Shown here piece after piece: positions 38,895 to 48,047 of a stretch of 64,000 nucleotides of DNA. The notes beneath the pieces were generated by a model that saw only the letters and a program-made list of their open reading frames with translations, did not search any database and had not been told where the DNA came from. Position 1 is the stretch's first letter, and the number at the start of each line of letters is the position of its first letter. Origin of the DNA: Hyphomicrobiales bacterium (GTDB taxonomy: Bacteria > Pseudomonadota > Alphaproteobacteria > Rhizobiales > Beijerinckiaceae); NCBI GenBank assembly GCA_017302635.1, contig JAFLCX010000002.1, positions 1,129,979 to 1,193,978 on the forward strand, read 5' to 3'. A program made the position numbers and the translations under genes.

Positions 38895-41098
38895 CCTCTC
38901 TTGTTAAAGATCCGGCGCGCGATTTCTCGCATTTTCTGGCCCCCGGCCCTGAAAATCGGGTCAGGATGGATTTCGTGGTCGATGGCATCCATTGTGCCGC
39001 CTGCGCGGCCCGGATCGAGCGCGCCTTCGGAGGCGAGCCCGATCTGAGCCTTGCCCGCGTGAACCTGACCGAGAAGCGCCTTACTATCGAATGGGTTGAA
39101 GCGAAGCGGGCCGATCCGCCGCAAATTCTGGCGCGGCTTGAAGCGCTCGGGTTTTCCGGCCACCCGTTCCGCATCGCCGAACGCGAAGCGAGCGAGAAAG
39201 CCGAAGAGGCGCGTCTGTTGCGCGCGCTCGGGGTCGCCGGATTCGCGATGATGAACATCATGCTGCTGTCGGTTTCGGTCTGGTCGGGCCATGAAACCGG
39301 GCTCAGCCGGGAAACGCGCGATTTCTTCCACTGGATATCGGCGTTGATCGCCCTTCCCACCGCTGCCTATTCCGGCCACCCGTTCTTCGACAGTGCCATC
39401 CGTTCGCTGAAAGCGCGCGCGGTGAACATGGATGTCCCGATCTCGCTCGGCATCCTGCTCGCGCTGGGTGTCTCGGTGTTCGAGACGCTCAACAGCGGCG
39501 AGCATGCCTATTTCGACGGCGCGGTGATGCTCATTTTCTTCCTGCTGATCGGGCGCGTGCTCGACCAGATGATGATGCGCCGCACGCGTGCCGTTGCCTC
39601 CAATCTGGCGGCTCTTCGTTCGGAGACCGTGACACGCATCCTGCCGGACGGCACTTTGCGCGAGATGGCTGCCGCGACAATCGAGCCCGGCGATCTCGTG
39701 CTCGTCCGACCCGGCGAGCGGATCGGCGTCGATGGCGTGATCGAACGCGGCACGTCCGATCTCGACCAGAGTCTCGTCACCGGAGAGACGGCGCATCAGG
39801 CGGTTTCCGCCGGCGCGGATGTGCATGCAGGCACGCTCAACATTTCCGGCACGCTGGAAATCCGGGTGCGGCACGCGGCGGCCAGCACGCTTCTCTCTCG
39901 CATCGAAGCCCTGCTCGCGACGGCCACCGAGAAGCGCGCACGTTATGTGCGCCTCGCCGACAGAGCCGCTCGGGCCTATGCGCCGGTCGTGCACACCACG
40001 GCCGCCCTCACCTTCCTCGGCTGGCTGGCCTATGGGCTTGGCTGGCAGCCCTCTTTGCTGATCGCGATCACGGTGCTGATCATCACCTGCCCGTGCGCGC
40101 TCGGCCTCGCGATTCCGGCCGTGCAGGTGGTGGCATCGGGCGCGATGTTCCGCCGCTCCATCCTGTTGCATGCGGGTGATGCGCTGGAGCGACTCGCGGA
40201 GGTCGATACCATCGTGTTCGACAAGACCGGCACGCTCACCTTGCCGGAGCCGATCATTGCCAACCGCGCCGACATCCCGGAGCGTCTGCTGACCATCGCG
40301 GGGCGCCTTGCGCTTTCGAGCCGGCACCCGCTCGCGCAGGCCATCGTTGCGGCAGGCAGCGCGGATAACCCGTTCCGGGATGTGCGCGAATGGCCCGGAC
40401 AGGGGCTGGAGGCCGTCGACAGTCGCGTGACCATCCGGCTCGGCTCGCCCGGCTTCTGCGATGCGACGGAAGAAGCCGCGCGGGTCGCCGCGGCCTATCC
40501 CGAGGCGTCCCTGATTGCGATGCGATGCGAAACCGATGTCGTTGTCTTCGCAATCCGCCAGCCCCTTCGCGCCGATGCCCGCCAGACGGTCAAGACTCTC
40601 AAGACTCTTGGCCTTGAACTGGAAATCCTGTCGGGTGACCGAGATGTCCCTGTCGCGAAGGTCGCCGAGACGCTTGGCATCGAAAACTGGCGGGCCGGCG
40701 TCGAGCCTGGTGGCAAGGTCGCGCGCCTTGAGGAATTGCGCGCCGCGGGCCGGAAGGTGCTGATGGTGGGTGACGGCATCAACGATGCCCCTGCCCTCGC
40801 GGCGGCTCATGTCTCGATTTCGCCGGTTTCGGCGAGCGATCTCGCGCAGGCGCAAGCCGACCTGATGGTGATGGGCAAGGCGCTGGCACCGATCGCCGAT
40901 GCGATCACGATTGCGCGGAAGGCCCGCCGGTTGATGACGCAGAACCTGTGGCTCGCGGTGATCTACAACGCCGTCGCCGTGCCAATCGCGATCGCGGGCC
41001 TCGCGACGCCATTCGTGGCGGCGATTGCAATGTCGGGATCGTCCATGATCGTGACGCTCAACGCCCTGCGCGCACGCACTGGAGGGGTCAAGACATGA
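38891..41098 (+). CDS. ccoI: Copper-translocating P1B-type ATPase CcoI/FixI
   Basis: 735 aa. HMA domain (GIHCAACAARIE), CPC (ITCPCALG), DKTGTLT, GDGINDAP. Confidence 0.93.
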   Translation: MTSLVKDPARDFSHFLAPGPENRVRMDFVVDGIHCAACAARIERAFGGEPDLSLARVNLTEKRLTIEWVEAKRADPPQILARLEALGFSGHPFRIAEREASEKAEEARLLRALGVAGFAMMNIMLLSVSVWSGHETGLSRETRDFFHWISALIALPTAAYSGHPFFDSAIRSLKARAVNMDVPISLGILLALGVSVFETLNSGEHAYFDGAVMLIFFLLIGRVLDQMMMRRTRAVASNLAALRSETVTRILPDGTLREMAAATIEPGDLVLVRPGERIGVDGVIERGTSDLDQSLVTGETAHQAVSAGADVHAGTLNISGTLEIRVRHAAASTLLSRIEALLATATEKRARYVRLADRAARAYAPVVHTTAALTFLGWLAYGLGWQPSLLIAITVLIITCPCALGLAIPAVQVVASGAMFRRSILLHAGDALERLAEVDTIVFDKTGTLTLPEPIIANRADIPERLLTIAGRLALSSRHPLAQAIVAAGSADNPFRDVREWPGQGLEAVDSRVTIRLGSPGFCDATEEAARVAAAYPEASLIAMRCETDVVVFAIRQPLRADARQTVKTLKTLGLELEILSGDRDVPVAKVAETLGIENWRAGVEPGGKVARLEELRAAGRKVLMVGDGINDAPALAAAHVSISPVSASDLAQAQADLMVMGKALAPIADAITIARKARRLMTQNLWLAVIYNAVAVPIAIAGLATPFVAAIAMSGSSMIVTLNALRARTGGVKT

Positions 41099-41253
41099 AT
41101 ATCCTGATCATTCTCATCCCGCTGGCGCTGGGTCTTGGCGCGTTGGGCCTCGCTGCTTTCCTCTGGGCGATGAATTCGCGCCAGTTCGACGATGTTGAGG
41201 GTGCGGGTTGGCGGATCATCCACGATGAGGATGATGCGCCGATCCAGAAATAG
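41095..41253 (+). CDS. ccoS: cbb3 oxidase maturation protein CcoS/FixS
   Basis: 52 aa from ATG 41095 (ATGA overlap with ccoI): MNILIILIPLALGLGALGLAAFLWAMNSRQFDDVEGAGWRIIHDEDD. Confidence 0.85.
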   Translation: MNILIILIPLALGLGALGLAAFLWAMNSRQFDDVEGAGWRIIHDEDDAPIQK

Positions 41254-41256
41254 CGC

Positions 41257-42138
41257 TCAGCTCTCGCGTTTCAGGGCGCTCTCGTGCCAGCGATGCAGCA
41301 GGCGATGCGAAATCCAGCTTGTTGCGAGGAAAATCGCGATCCCGGAGAGCGAAATGAGCAGCAAAGCCGCAAACATGCGCGGGATTTTGAGCTGATAGCC
41401 GCTTTCGAGAATCCGGTAAGCAAGCCCCGAGGCGCTGCCCCCCGATCCGGCAACGAATTCGGCCACCACCGCGCCGATCAGCGCGAGGCCGCCCGAGATT
41501 TTCAAGCCCCCGAGAAAGTAGGGCAAGGAAGCAGGAAGCCGCAGATATCTCATGGTCTGCCAGCGGCTTGCGCCATAAAGCTGGAACAAGGCCACGAGGT
41601 TGTGATCCGCCGAGTTCAAACCCAGAATTGTGTTGGAGAGGATCGGGAAAAACGCCACGATCCAGGCACAGATCAGCAGCGAGAGGTTCACATCCCCCAC
41701 GAGGATGATGATCAGCGGAGCGATGGCCACGACCGGCGTGACTTGCAGGATCACCGCATAGGGAAAGAGCGAGCGCTCCAGCCATTTCGACTGCGTGAAG
41801 AGAATGGCCAGCGCGCCGCCCACGCTCACCGCTGCGATCAGCGCCGCGAAGGTGATGCGCAACGTAATCCACAAGGCGCCGGAAAGCGTGTGCCAGTCAC
41901 TCACCAGCGTCTGAGCAATCACCAGTGGTCCGGGGAAGAGATAGGCGGGGATGCTTTTGTACCAGACAAGCCATTCCCACCCCGCGATGATGAGAATGCC
42001 CACGACAATTGGCGCGAGAATGCCCGGCCAGCGGCTTTTCGGGATGCCGAGGATGCGCTCCTCGGCTGCGAAAACCGGTGCCGTGTCCTGATCCGTGCCG
42101 CGCGCCTGTGCCACGATGTTGGAACCCGTGTCGCTCAT
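41257..42138 (-). CDS. ABC transporter permease (NitT/TauT family)
   Basis: About 293 aa from ATG 42138 (ATGA overlap with the ATPase stop). BPD-type permease with 6 TM helices. Confidence 0.85.
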   Translation of the reverse strand: MSDTGSNIVAQARGTDQDTAPVFAAEERILGIPKSRWPGILAPIVVGILIIAGWEWLVWYKSIPAYLFPGPLVIAQTLVSDWHTLSGALWITLRITFAALIAAVSVGGALAILFTQSKWLERSLFPYAVILQVTPVVAIAPLIIILVGDVNLSLLICAWIVAFFPILSNTILGLNSADHNLVALFQLYGASRWQTMRYLRLPASLPYFLGGLKISGGLALIGAVVAEFVAGSGGSASGLAYRILESGYQLKIPRMFAALLLISLSGIAIFLATSWISHRLLHRWHESALKRES

Positions 42139-42947
42139 GCGTCGATTGCCTTCTTCAGCGCGTCGGAGCCCAGCCGGCAAAGATGCGCATATTCCGCCGA
42201 AGTGCGGAACAGGTTGTCACGCGGGAATGGCGCATCGACCATGAGTTCGCTCATCACCCGCCCTGGCCGGGCGGCCATCACCACGATGCGCTCGGAGAGA
42301 TAGACACTCTCGAAAACCGAGTGCGTGACGAAAACAGCCGTGAACTTGTTGCGCTGCCAGAGCATCAGGAGGTCGTCGTTGAGCTTGTGCCGCGTGATCT
42401 CGTCAAGCGCCGCGAAGGGCTCGTCCATCAGCAGCACTTTCGGCTCGGTCACGAGGGCGCGGGCGATGGAAACACGCATCTTCATGCCGCCTGAAAGCTC
42501 CCGCGGATAGGAGCCCTCGAAGCCTTTCAGGCCGACCAGTTCCAGCATCGCGGCAGCGCGCTCATTGGCCTCCGGCTTTTTCATTCCCTTGAGACGCAGG
42601 GGCAGGGTCACGTTGTCCAGCGTGACGGCCCAGGGCATGAGGGTTGGCTCCTGAAACACGAAGCCAAGGCTATGCTCGGGATTGCCATAGGCGTCACCGC
42701 TCTCGGCACCGGGCCAGTCGATCGTGCCGGCCGAAGGAGCGGAGAGATCGGAAAGCATCCGCAGTAGGGTCGATTTCCCACAGCCCGAAGGGCCAAGCAG
42801 GCTCACGAACTCGCCCGGATAGAGGTCGAGATCGACATCGCGCAGGGCGAGCGTGCCGTTGGAGAACTGCTTGGAGAGATTGCGGATCGAGACGAGCGGG
42901 CGTTTTCCCGCCCGCCCCTGCTCGGCTCCCCCGGTCGGGGCCAACAT
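42135..42947 (-). CDS. ABC transporter ATP-binding protein (NitT/TauT family)
   Basis: 270 aa. Walker A GPSGCGKST, signature LSGGMKMR, Walker B LLMDEPF. Confidence 0.9.
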   Translation of the reverse strand: MLAPTGGAEQGRAGKRPLVSIRNLSKQFSNGTLALRDVDLDLYPGEFVSLLGPSGCGKSTLLRMLSDLSAPSAGTIDWPGAESGDAYGNPEHSLGFVFQEPTLMPWAVTLDNVTLPLRLKGMKKPEANERAAAMLELVGLKGFEGSYPRELSGGMKMRVSIARALVTEPKVLLMDEPFAALDEITRHKLNDDLLMLWQRNKFTAVFVTHSVFESVYLSERIVVMAARPGRVMSELMVDAPFPRDNLFRTSAEYAHLCRLGSDALKKAIDA

Positions 42948-42949
42948 GA

Positions 42950-43978
42950 TCAGACGCCAATGCCCTTGTTGATGAAGGCGAGGCTGTAGGCCTTTTTCAC
43001 GTCAATGCCAGCCGGGAAGACACCTGCCGCATTCATGTCCTTGTAGAAGGTCGCCCAGCGCTCGTCAGTCATCGCGCCGATGCCGAGTTTCAGCGAGTCG
43101 CCCGAATGGACGATGCCCTTTTCGGTCATCACCTTCATGGCATAGGCGATCTTGTCGTCGCTCATATCCGGATTTTCGCGTTTGATGATGGCGTTGGCGG
43201 CGGCGTTTTCCGGGCTGTTCTTCATGTAGGCGGCCCAGCCTTCGAGCGAAGCATTCACGAAACGCTGCACGAGGTCCTTTTTCTCGTCCACCATCTTCTG
43301 GCTGATGTTGATGGTCGTGTTGTAATTGGCAAAACCGGCATCGGCGATGAGATGCACGAGCGGGTTGACGCCACCTTCCTTCTGGATCGCGAAGGGCTCG
43401 GACGACAGAAAGCCCTGCTGGCAGATGTTCTTGTCGGCCAGGAAGGGCGCCATATTGAAGGTGTAGGGGCGGATCTGATCATCAGAATAGCCGAATTTCG
43501 CCTTCAGGAACGGCCAATAGGATGTACGCCCTGCGCCGCCCACGAGGATCGGTTTGCCCTTCAGCGCTGCGAAATTGTCGTTCCCCTGCCCCGGGTGGCA
43601 GATAATGACCTGCGGGTCCTTCTGGAAGATCGAGGCAATGCAGAGGAAGGGAAGATTCTGCTCGACGTAGCGGATCGCCTCGAACGAGTTCGACATGATC
43701 ATGTCGACGCGGCCGCCCAGCAGGAGCTGCGAGGGGTTCTGCTGCGGGCCGCCCATGCGGATATCGGCGTCGATGCCGTATTTCTTGTAGATGCCGTTCG
43801 CGACCGCATAATAGAAGCCGCCATGCTCGGCCTGAGCGCGCCAGTTGGTCTGGTAGCTCACCTTGTCGAGAGTCTGCGCATTCACGCGGCTACCCGGCAT
43901 CGGGATCAGAACCGAAGCGGCGGTGCCGCCCATCAGGCCAAGGGCCGCGCGACGATCGAGGCGATATTTCATGGTCAT
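42950..43978 (-). CDS. ABC transporter substrate-binding protein (NMT1/THI5-like)
   Basis: 342 aa. Tat-like signal (LDRRAALGLMGG...AQ). SsuA/THI5-type periplasmic binding fold (from memory). Confidence 0.8.
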   Translation of the reverse strand: MTMKYRLDRRAALGLMGGTAASVLIPMPGSRVNAQTLDKVSYQTNWRAQAEHGGFYYAVANGIYKKYGIDADIRMGGPQQNPSQLLLGGRVDMIMSNSFEAIRYVEQNLPFLCIASIFQKDPQVIICHPGQGNDNFAALKGKPILVGGAGRTSYWPFLKAKFGYSDDQIRPYTFNMAPFLADKNICQQGFLSSEPFAIQKEGGVNPLVHLIADAGFANYNTTINISQKMVDEKKDLVQRFVNASLEGWAAYMKNSPENAAANAIIKRENPDMSDDKIAYAMKVMTEKGIVHSGDSLKLGIGAMTDERWATFYKDMNAAGVFPAGIDVKKAYSLAFINKGIGV

Positions 43979-44248
43979 GGTGCGAGACTCCCTGGAGCTG
44001 TCCTGAATGCCCGATCTTCAATATTGGGCGATGACTGCATGCTGCAATGCCCATGCCGGAAATCGGAGCGCTTTTCCCCATCTATGCCGGATTTGGAGAG
44101 GCAGGCAACAGCGCAGGATTTCAGCGCGATGCCGCATTTTTGGGCAAATTGATCAACTGCATTTTGCTCGCTCGCAACAGGATGCCCTTCCGCCCCGGCG
44201 CGCGGATTGCTAGCAATACTCTTAACCCCATTCCCGAGGAAGCCCGCC

Positions 44249-45625
44249 ATGAACGCCCCCGCCCGGATTGAGCCTACTCACCCGCCCGCCATCGCCGCGG
44301 TTCTTGCCGAGATCGGTGATGTTCCGGTGATCACCGAAGAGAAGGTGGTGCGTCGCAAGAGCCGCGACTTTTTCTGGTATTCGCCCATCCTCAATGTCGA
44401 ACTGGCGGAAAAGGCGGCCGACATCATCGTTATTCCGCGCAACGAGGCGGATATCCTCACGCTGGTTCGGGCTTGCGTGAAGCACCGCGTGCCGATCACC
44501 CCGCGCGGCGGCGCCACCGGCAATTACGGACAGGCTGTTCCGATCGAGCGTGGCGTGCTGCTTGATATGACCGGATTTTCCGAGATCGAGTGGGTCAAGC
44601 CCGGCCGTGTGCGCTGCGGTGCCGGCATCATGATCGGAAAGCTTGATGCCGAGCTCAAGGCCCACGGGCAGGAAAGCCGCCTTCATCCTTCGACGAAACG
44701 CACCGCGACGATCGGCGGATTTGTTGCCGGCGGCTCGGGCGGCGTCGGCTCTGTCACCTATGGCGGCTTGCGTGAACCGGGCAACATTCTCGCGGCCCGG
44801 ATCATCACCGTCGAAGAAGGGCCGCGCGTCATCGAATTGCGCGGGGACGCCGCGCAGAAAATCAACCGCGCTTACGGCACCACCGGCATCATCACCGTGC
44901 TCGAGATGCCGCTGGCTCCGGCATGGCCGTGGTATGACGTGATCGTCGCTTTCGACGATTTTCCGAAGCTGCTTGATGCCGGCTACGCCGCCGCGAAGGC
45001 CGATGGCGTCGTCAAAAAGCTCATGAGCGGCATCGCCTGGCCGCTTCCGGATTATTTCGGCGCTCTCAAGCCCTATTGTCCCGCAGGCAAGCACATTCTG
45101 GCCTGCATGATCTCGGAAGCCTCGCTCGAAAGCTTCCGCGATATCGTCGAGCCGATGGGCGGAACCATCACGCTGCAAACACCGACGCGCGAGGAATCGG
45201 GCTCGGTGCCGCTTTACGAATACACTTGGAACCACACCACGTTGCAGATGCTGAAGGCCGATCGCTCGGTTACCTATCTGCAATGCCTTTATCCGCATGA
45301 CCGCGTGCGCGAGAGCATTCTCGAAACCGCCGCGATGTTCCCCGATGAACTCATTCCGCATTGCGAGTTCATCCGGTTCGGCGGCAACCTCTCGGCAAGC
45401 GCCTTGCCCGTCATCCGCTACACGACGAAAGAGCGCCTCTACGAGATCATCAACGCCCATGAGGCGCATGGCGTGATGATCGCCAACCCGCATGTGATTT
45501 CGCTCGAAGATGGCTCGCGCCACAAGCGGGTCGATGCCGATCAGGCTGGCTTCAAGGCCGAAATCGACCCTTATGGCCTGCTCAATCCGGGCAAGATGCG
45601 GTCTTACGTGCCTGCGAAAAAATGA
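44249..45625 (+). CDS. FAD-linked oxidase (PCMH/GlcD-DLD family), paralog 1
   Basis: ATG 44249 with GAGGAAG upstream. FAD-binding block ITPRGGATGNYGQAVP and C-terminal DPYGLLNPGKM. Paralog of 48044..49450. Confidence 0.8.
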   Translation: MNAPARIEPTHPPAIAAVLAEIGDVPVITEEKVVRRKSRDFFWYSPILNVELAEKAADIIVIPRNEADILTLVRACVKHRVPITPRGGATGNYGQAVPIERGVLLDMTGFSEIEWVKPGRVRCGAGIMIGKLDAELKAHGQESRLHPSTKRTATIGGFVAGGSGGVGSVTYGGLREPGNILAARIITVEEGPRVIELRGDAAQKINRAYGTTGIITVLEMPLAPAWPWYDVIVAFDDFPKLLDAGYAAAKADGVVKKLMSGIAWPLPDYFGALKPYCPAGKHILACMISEASLESFRDIVEPMGGTITLQTPTREESGSVPLYEYTWNHTTLQMLKADRSVTYLQCLYPHDRVRESILETAAMFPDELIPHCEFIRFGGNLSASALPVIRYTTKERLYEIINAHEAHGVMIANPHVISLEDGSRHKRVDADQAGFKAEIDPYGLLNPGKMRSYVPAKK

Positions 45626-46212
45626 GAATTCTCTACCTCTATTGCCATCCTCTGGAAGAGAGCTTCCACGCCGCCATTCGCGATGCCGGCATTGCAGCCT
45701 TGCGTGAAAAGGGGCATGAGGTCGATCTGTGTGACCTTTATGCCGAGGGGTTCGAGCCCATCCTGACCGCTGAAATGCGGCGCGATTATCACGACCTCTC
45801 GCTCAACCGGCGCGGCATTGAGAGCTATATCGAGCGACTCTATCAGGCCGAAGCTCTGGTGGTGCAGTTCCCCACGTGGTGCTTTGGTTTCCCGGCGATG
45901 CTGAAGGGCTTTTTCGATCGCATTTTTGGCCCCGGCATCACGTTTGATCTCTCGGTTCCCGGCAAGCCGCGGCCGATGTTGCAACATATCCGACATGTGA
46001 TCGGGATTTCGACCTATGGTCGCGACCGCCTGCGCGCCTTCATGGTCGGCAACCCGCCGAAAAAGATGATCACCCGATACCTGCGCTGGTTTGTGGCGCG
46101 CGGCGCGCGCATCCGCTATCTCGCGCTCTATCACATGAACATCGCGACGGAGGCACAACGGAAAGGCTTCATTGCGCAAGTGGAGCGCGAACTCGCAGGA
46201 CTCAAGGGATGA
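45622..46212 (+). CDS. Flavodoxin-like-fold NAD(P)H (quinone) oxidoreductase, paralog 1
   Basis: 196 aa, MRILYLYCHP...FPTWCFGFPAMLKGFFDR. ATGA overlap with the preceding oxidase gene. Confidence 0.8.
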   Translation: MRILYLYCHPLEESFHAAIRDAGIAALREKGHEVDLCDLYAEGFEPILTAEMRRDYHDLSLNRRGIESYIERLYQAEALVVQFPTWCFGFPAMLKGFFDRIFGPGITFDLSVPGKPRPMLQHIRHVIGISTYGRDRLRAFMVGNPPKKMITRYLRWFVARGARIRYLALYHMNIATEAQRKGFIAQVERELAGLKG

Positions 46213-46670
46213 GTGGCGCACCGGTGATCCGCCTCGCGCGCAGCGATGATCTTGCCGCTGTGGAAGCGCTTATTGTGGAAGCGTATTCGCCTTATGTCGC
46301 TCGGATCGGCAAGAAGCCGGGTCCAATGTTCGATGATTATGCCGCGCTGATCGCGGATGGACGTCTATATGTGGCCGAAGACCGCGCGGGCATTGCCGGC
46401 CTTGTGGTGCTGTCGCAGCGTGACGACAAAGCTCTGCTGGATAATGTGGCTGTGGCCAATCGCGTGCGCGGCACCGGCTTGGGAAAGACGTTGATCGCAC
46501 ATGCCGAAGCCCTTGCGCTTGATGCCGGTTTCGCCGAGATCATCCTATATACCCAGGAAAAAATGTCCGAAAATCGAGCGATTTACTCCTATCTCGGCTA
46601 TCGCGAAACGTATCGCGTGACCGAAAAGGGGCTGGACCGGGTCTATTTCTCGAAGATGCTGCACCCCTGA
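46209..46670 (+). CDS. GNAT-family N-acetyltransferase
   Basis: 153 aa with the acetyl-CoA motif VANRVRGTGLGKTLI. ATGA overlap with the upstream gene. Confidence 0.85.
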   Translation: MSGAPVIRLARSDDLAAVEALIVEAYSPYVARIGKKPGPMFDDYAALIADGRLYVAEDRAGIAGLVVLSQRDDKALLDNVAVANRVRGTGLGKTLIAHAEALALDAGFAEIILYTQEKMSENRAIYSYLGYRETYRVTEKGLDRVYFSKMLHP

Positions 46671-46685
46671 AAGAGGCTGCCTGAC

Positions 46686-47474
46686 ATGCCCCACAACCAC
46701 TGGTTCGATCTCACCTCGCGCGATTTCGCCAAGCTCGATCCTGAAAGGACCGTGGCCGTGCTGCCCATCGCCGCGACCGAGCAACACGGGCCGCACCTTT
46801 CGGTCGGCACCGACAGCATCATCGCGCAGGGCATGTGTGACACCGTGATGCGGAAGCTGCCCGAGCATCTCGATGTGCTGTTCCTGCCCGTCCAGACCGT
46901 GGGAAAATCGAACGAGCATCTGCGCGATCCCGGCACCCTCACGCTCACCGCCCAGACGCTGATCTCCGCCTGGACCGAGATCGGCGAGAGCGTGGCGCGC
47001 GCCGGGCTACGCAAGCTGGTGATCGTGAATTCGCATGGTGGCAATGTCGAGGTTCAGGGCATTGTCGCGCGCGAATTGCGCGTGCGCTGCTCGATGCTGG
47101 TGGCGCAGACGGCGTGGCGCAGGCTGGGTGTTCCGCAGGGCCTTTTCTCAGAGATTGAGAACAATTTCGGCATACACGGCGGTGATTTCGAAACCTCGGT
47201 GATGCTGCATTTTGCGCCTCACCGGGTGGATATGTCCAAGGCCGTCGATTTCGTGCCGAACTCCATTCGCTACGCGAAGGAATACAAACAGCTGCGCGTC
47301 ACGGGCTTCACGTCGATGGCGTGGATCGCCGAGGACAATCACCCGGAGGGGGTTGCGGGCGAGGCGCATCTCGCGACGGCCGAGAAGGGCCGGCAGGCGG
47401 TCGAGTTCCAGACCGATCGTTTCATCGAATTGCTGGAAGACGTGACGAAGTTTCCGCTCTCAAATCTGGCCTAG
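46686..47474 (+). CDS. Creatininase-family amidohydrolase
   Basis: 262 aa, metal-ligand blocks ATEQHGPHL, NSHGGN, HGGDFETS. Confidence 0.85.
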   Translation: MPHNHWFDLTSRDFAKLDPERTVAVLPIAATEQHGPHLSVGTDSIIAQGMCDTVMRKLPEHLDVLFLPVQTVGKSNEHLRDPGTLTLTAQTLISAWTEIGESVARAGLRKLVIVNSHGGNVEVQGIVARELRVRCSMLVAQTAWRRLGVPQGLFSEIENNFGIHGGDFETSVMLHFAPHRVDMSKAVDFVPNSIRYAKEYKQLRVTGFTSMAWIAEDNHPEGVAGEAHLATAEKGRQAVEFQTDRFIELLEDVTKFPLSNLA

Positions 47475-48047
47475 AGCGCCCCGCACTTTCGCGAGATGCG
47501 CTTTGCGCGCCTCCTCGCCCACCACATCAATGCGGTGAAGCGCCAGCCAGAATGTTCTGCAGCGCGGCGCGCAAAGCGCGCGGATGCCCGTGAGCAAGAT
47601 ACGTTGACCCGGCCGCCCCATGATCCACCACCACCATTTCGGCGAACCGAGCGAGGTTAGCGCACCAAGGAAGCGGATATTGGTCATCAGGCCGCGGATG
47701 GGCTGATTGCCCTCGGGCATCGTGAAGGTTTCGTGCGGAATGAGCACGCGCTCAAGCCAGCCTTTCAGCATGGCCGGCTGCGCGTACCACCAGGTGGGAT
47801 ATACAAAGAGCAACCCCTCCGCTGCCTTGACGCGATCAAGATGGCTAGCCACCGGCGCACGGTTCTCGCCGGGTGTGTGGTAACCGAGGCGCTCTTCGCG
47901 GCTCATCACAGGCTCGAAACCCTCGGCATAAAGGTCGAGCACGTCAACCTCATGCCCGCTCGCCTGTAACGCCGAGAGCGCCGTATCTTTCACGCTGGCC
48001 GTGAAACTCGCCGGGTTGGGGTGGCAATAGACGAGAAGGATTTTCAA
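47460..48047 (-). CDS. Flavodoxin-like-fold NAD(P)H (quinone) oxidoreductase, paralog 2
   Basis: TTG 48047 (TTGA overlap with the upstream oxidase stop) gives (M)KILLVYCHP..., collinear with paralog 1. YPTWWYAQPAMLKGWLER. The 3' end overlaps the creatininase gene by 15 nt. Confidence 0.75.
   Translation of the reverse strand: MKILLVYCHPNPASFTASVKDTALSALQASGHEVDVLDLYAEGFEPVMSREERLGYHTPGENRAPVASHLDRVKAAEGLLFVYPTWWYAQPAMLKGWLERVLIPHETFTMPEGNQPIRGLMTNIRFLGALTSLGSPKWWWWIMGRPGQRILLTGIRALCAPRCRTFWLALHRIDVVGEEARKAHLAKVRGALGQI

Noticed and set aside
38705-40855. 716-aa - strand ORF
   Set aside because: Antisense to the P-type ATPase ccoI (DKTGTLT, CPC and GDGINDAP are all in the + frame). Shadow ORF.
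43979-44248. Possible TPP riboswitch upstream of the NMT1/THI5-type binding-protein gene
   Set aside because: I read the minus-strand leader and found no CTGAGA / ACCTGA-type TPP core and no convincing multi-stem fold. This cannot be excluded without a covariance-model scan.
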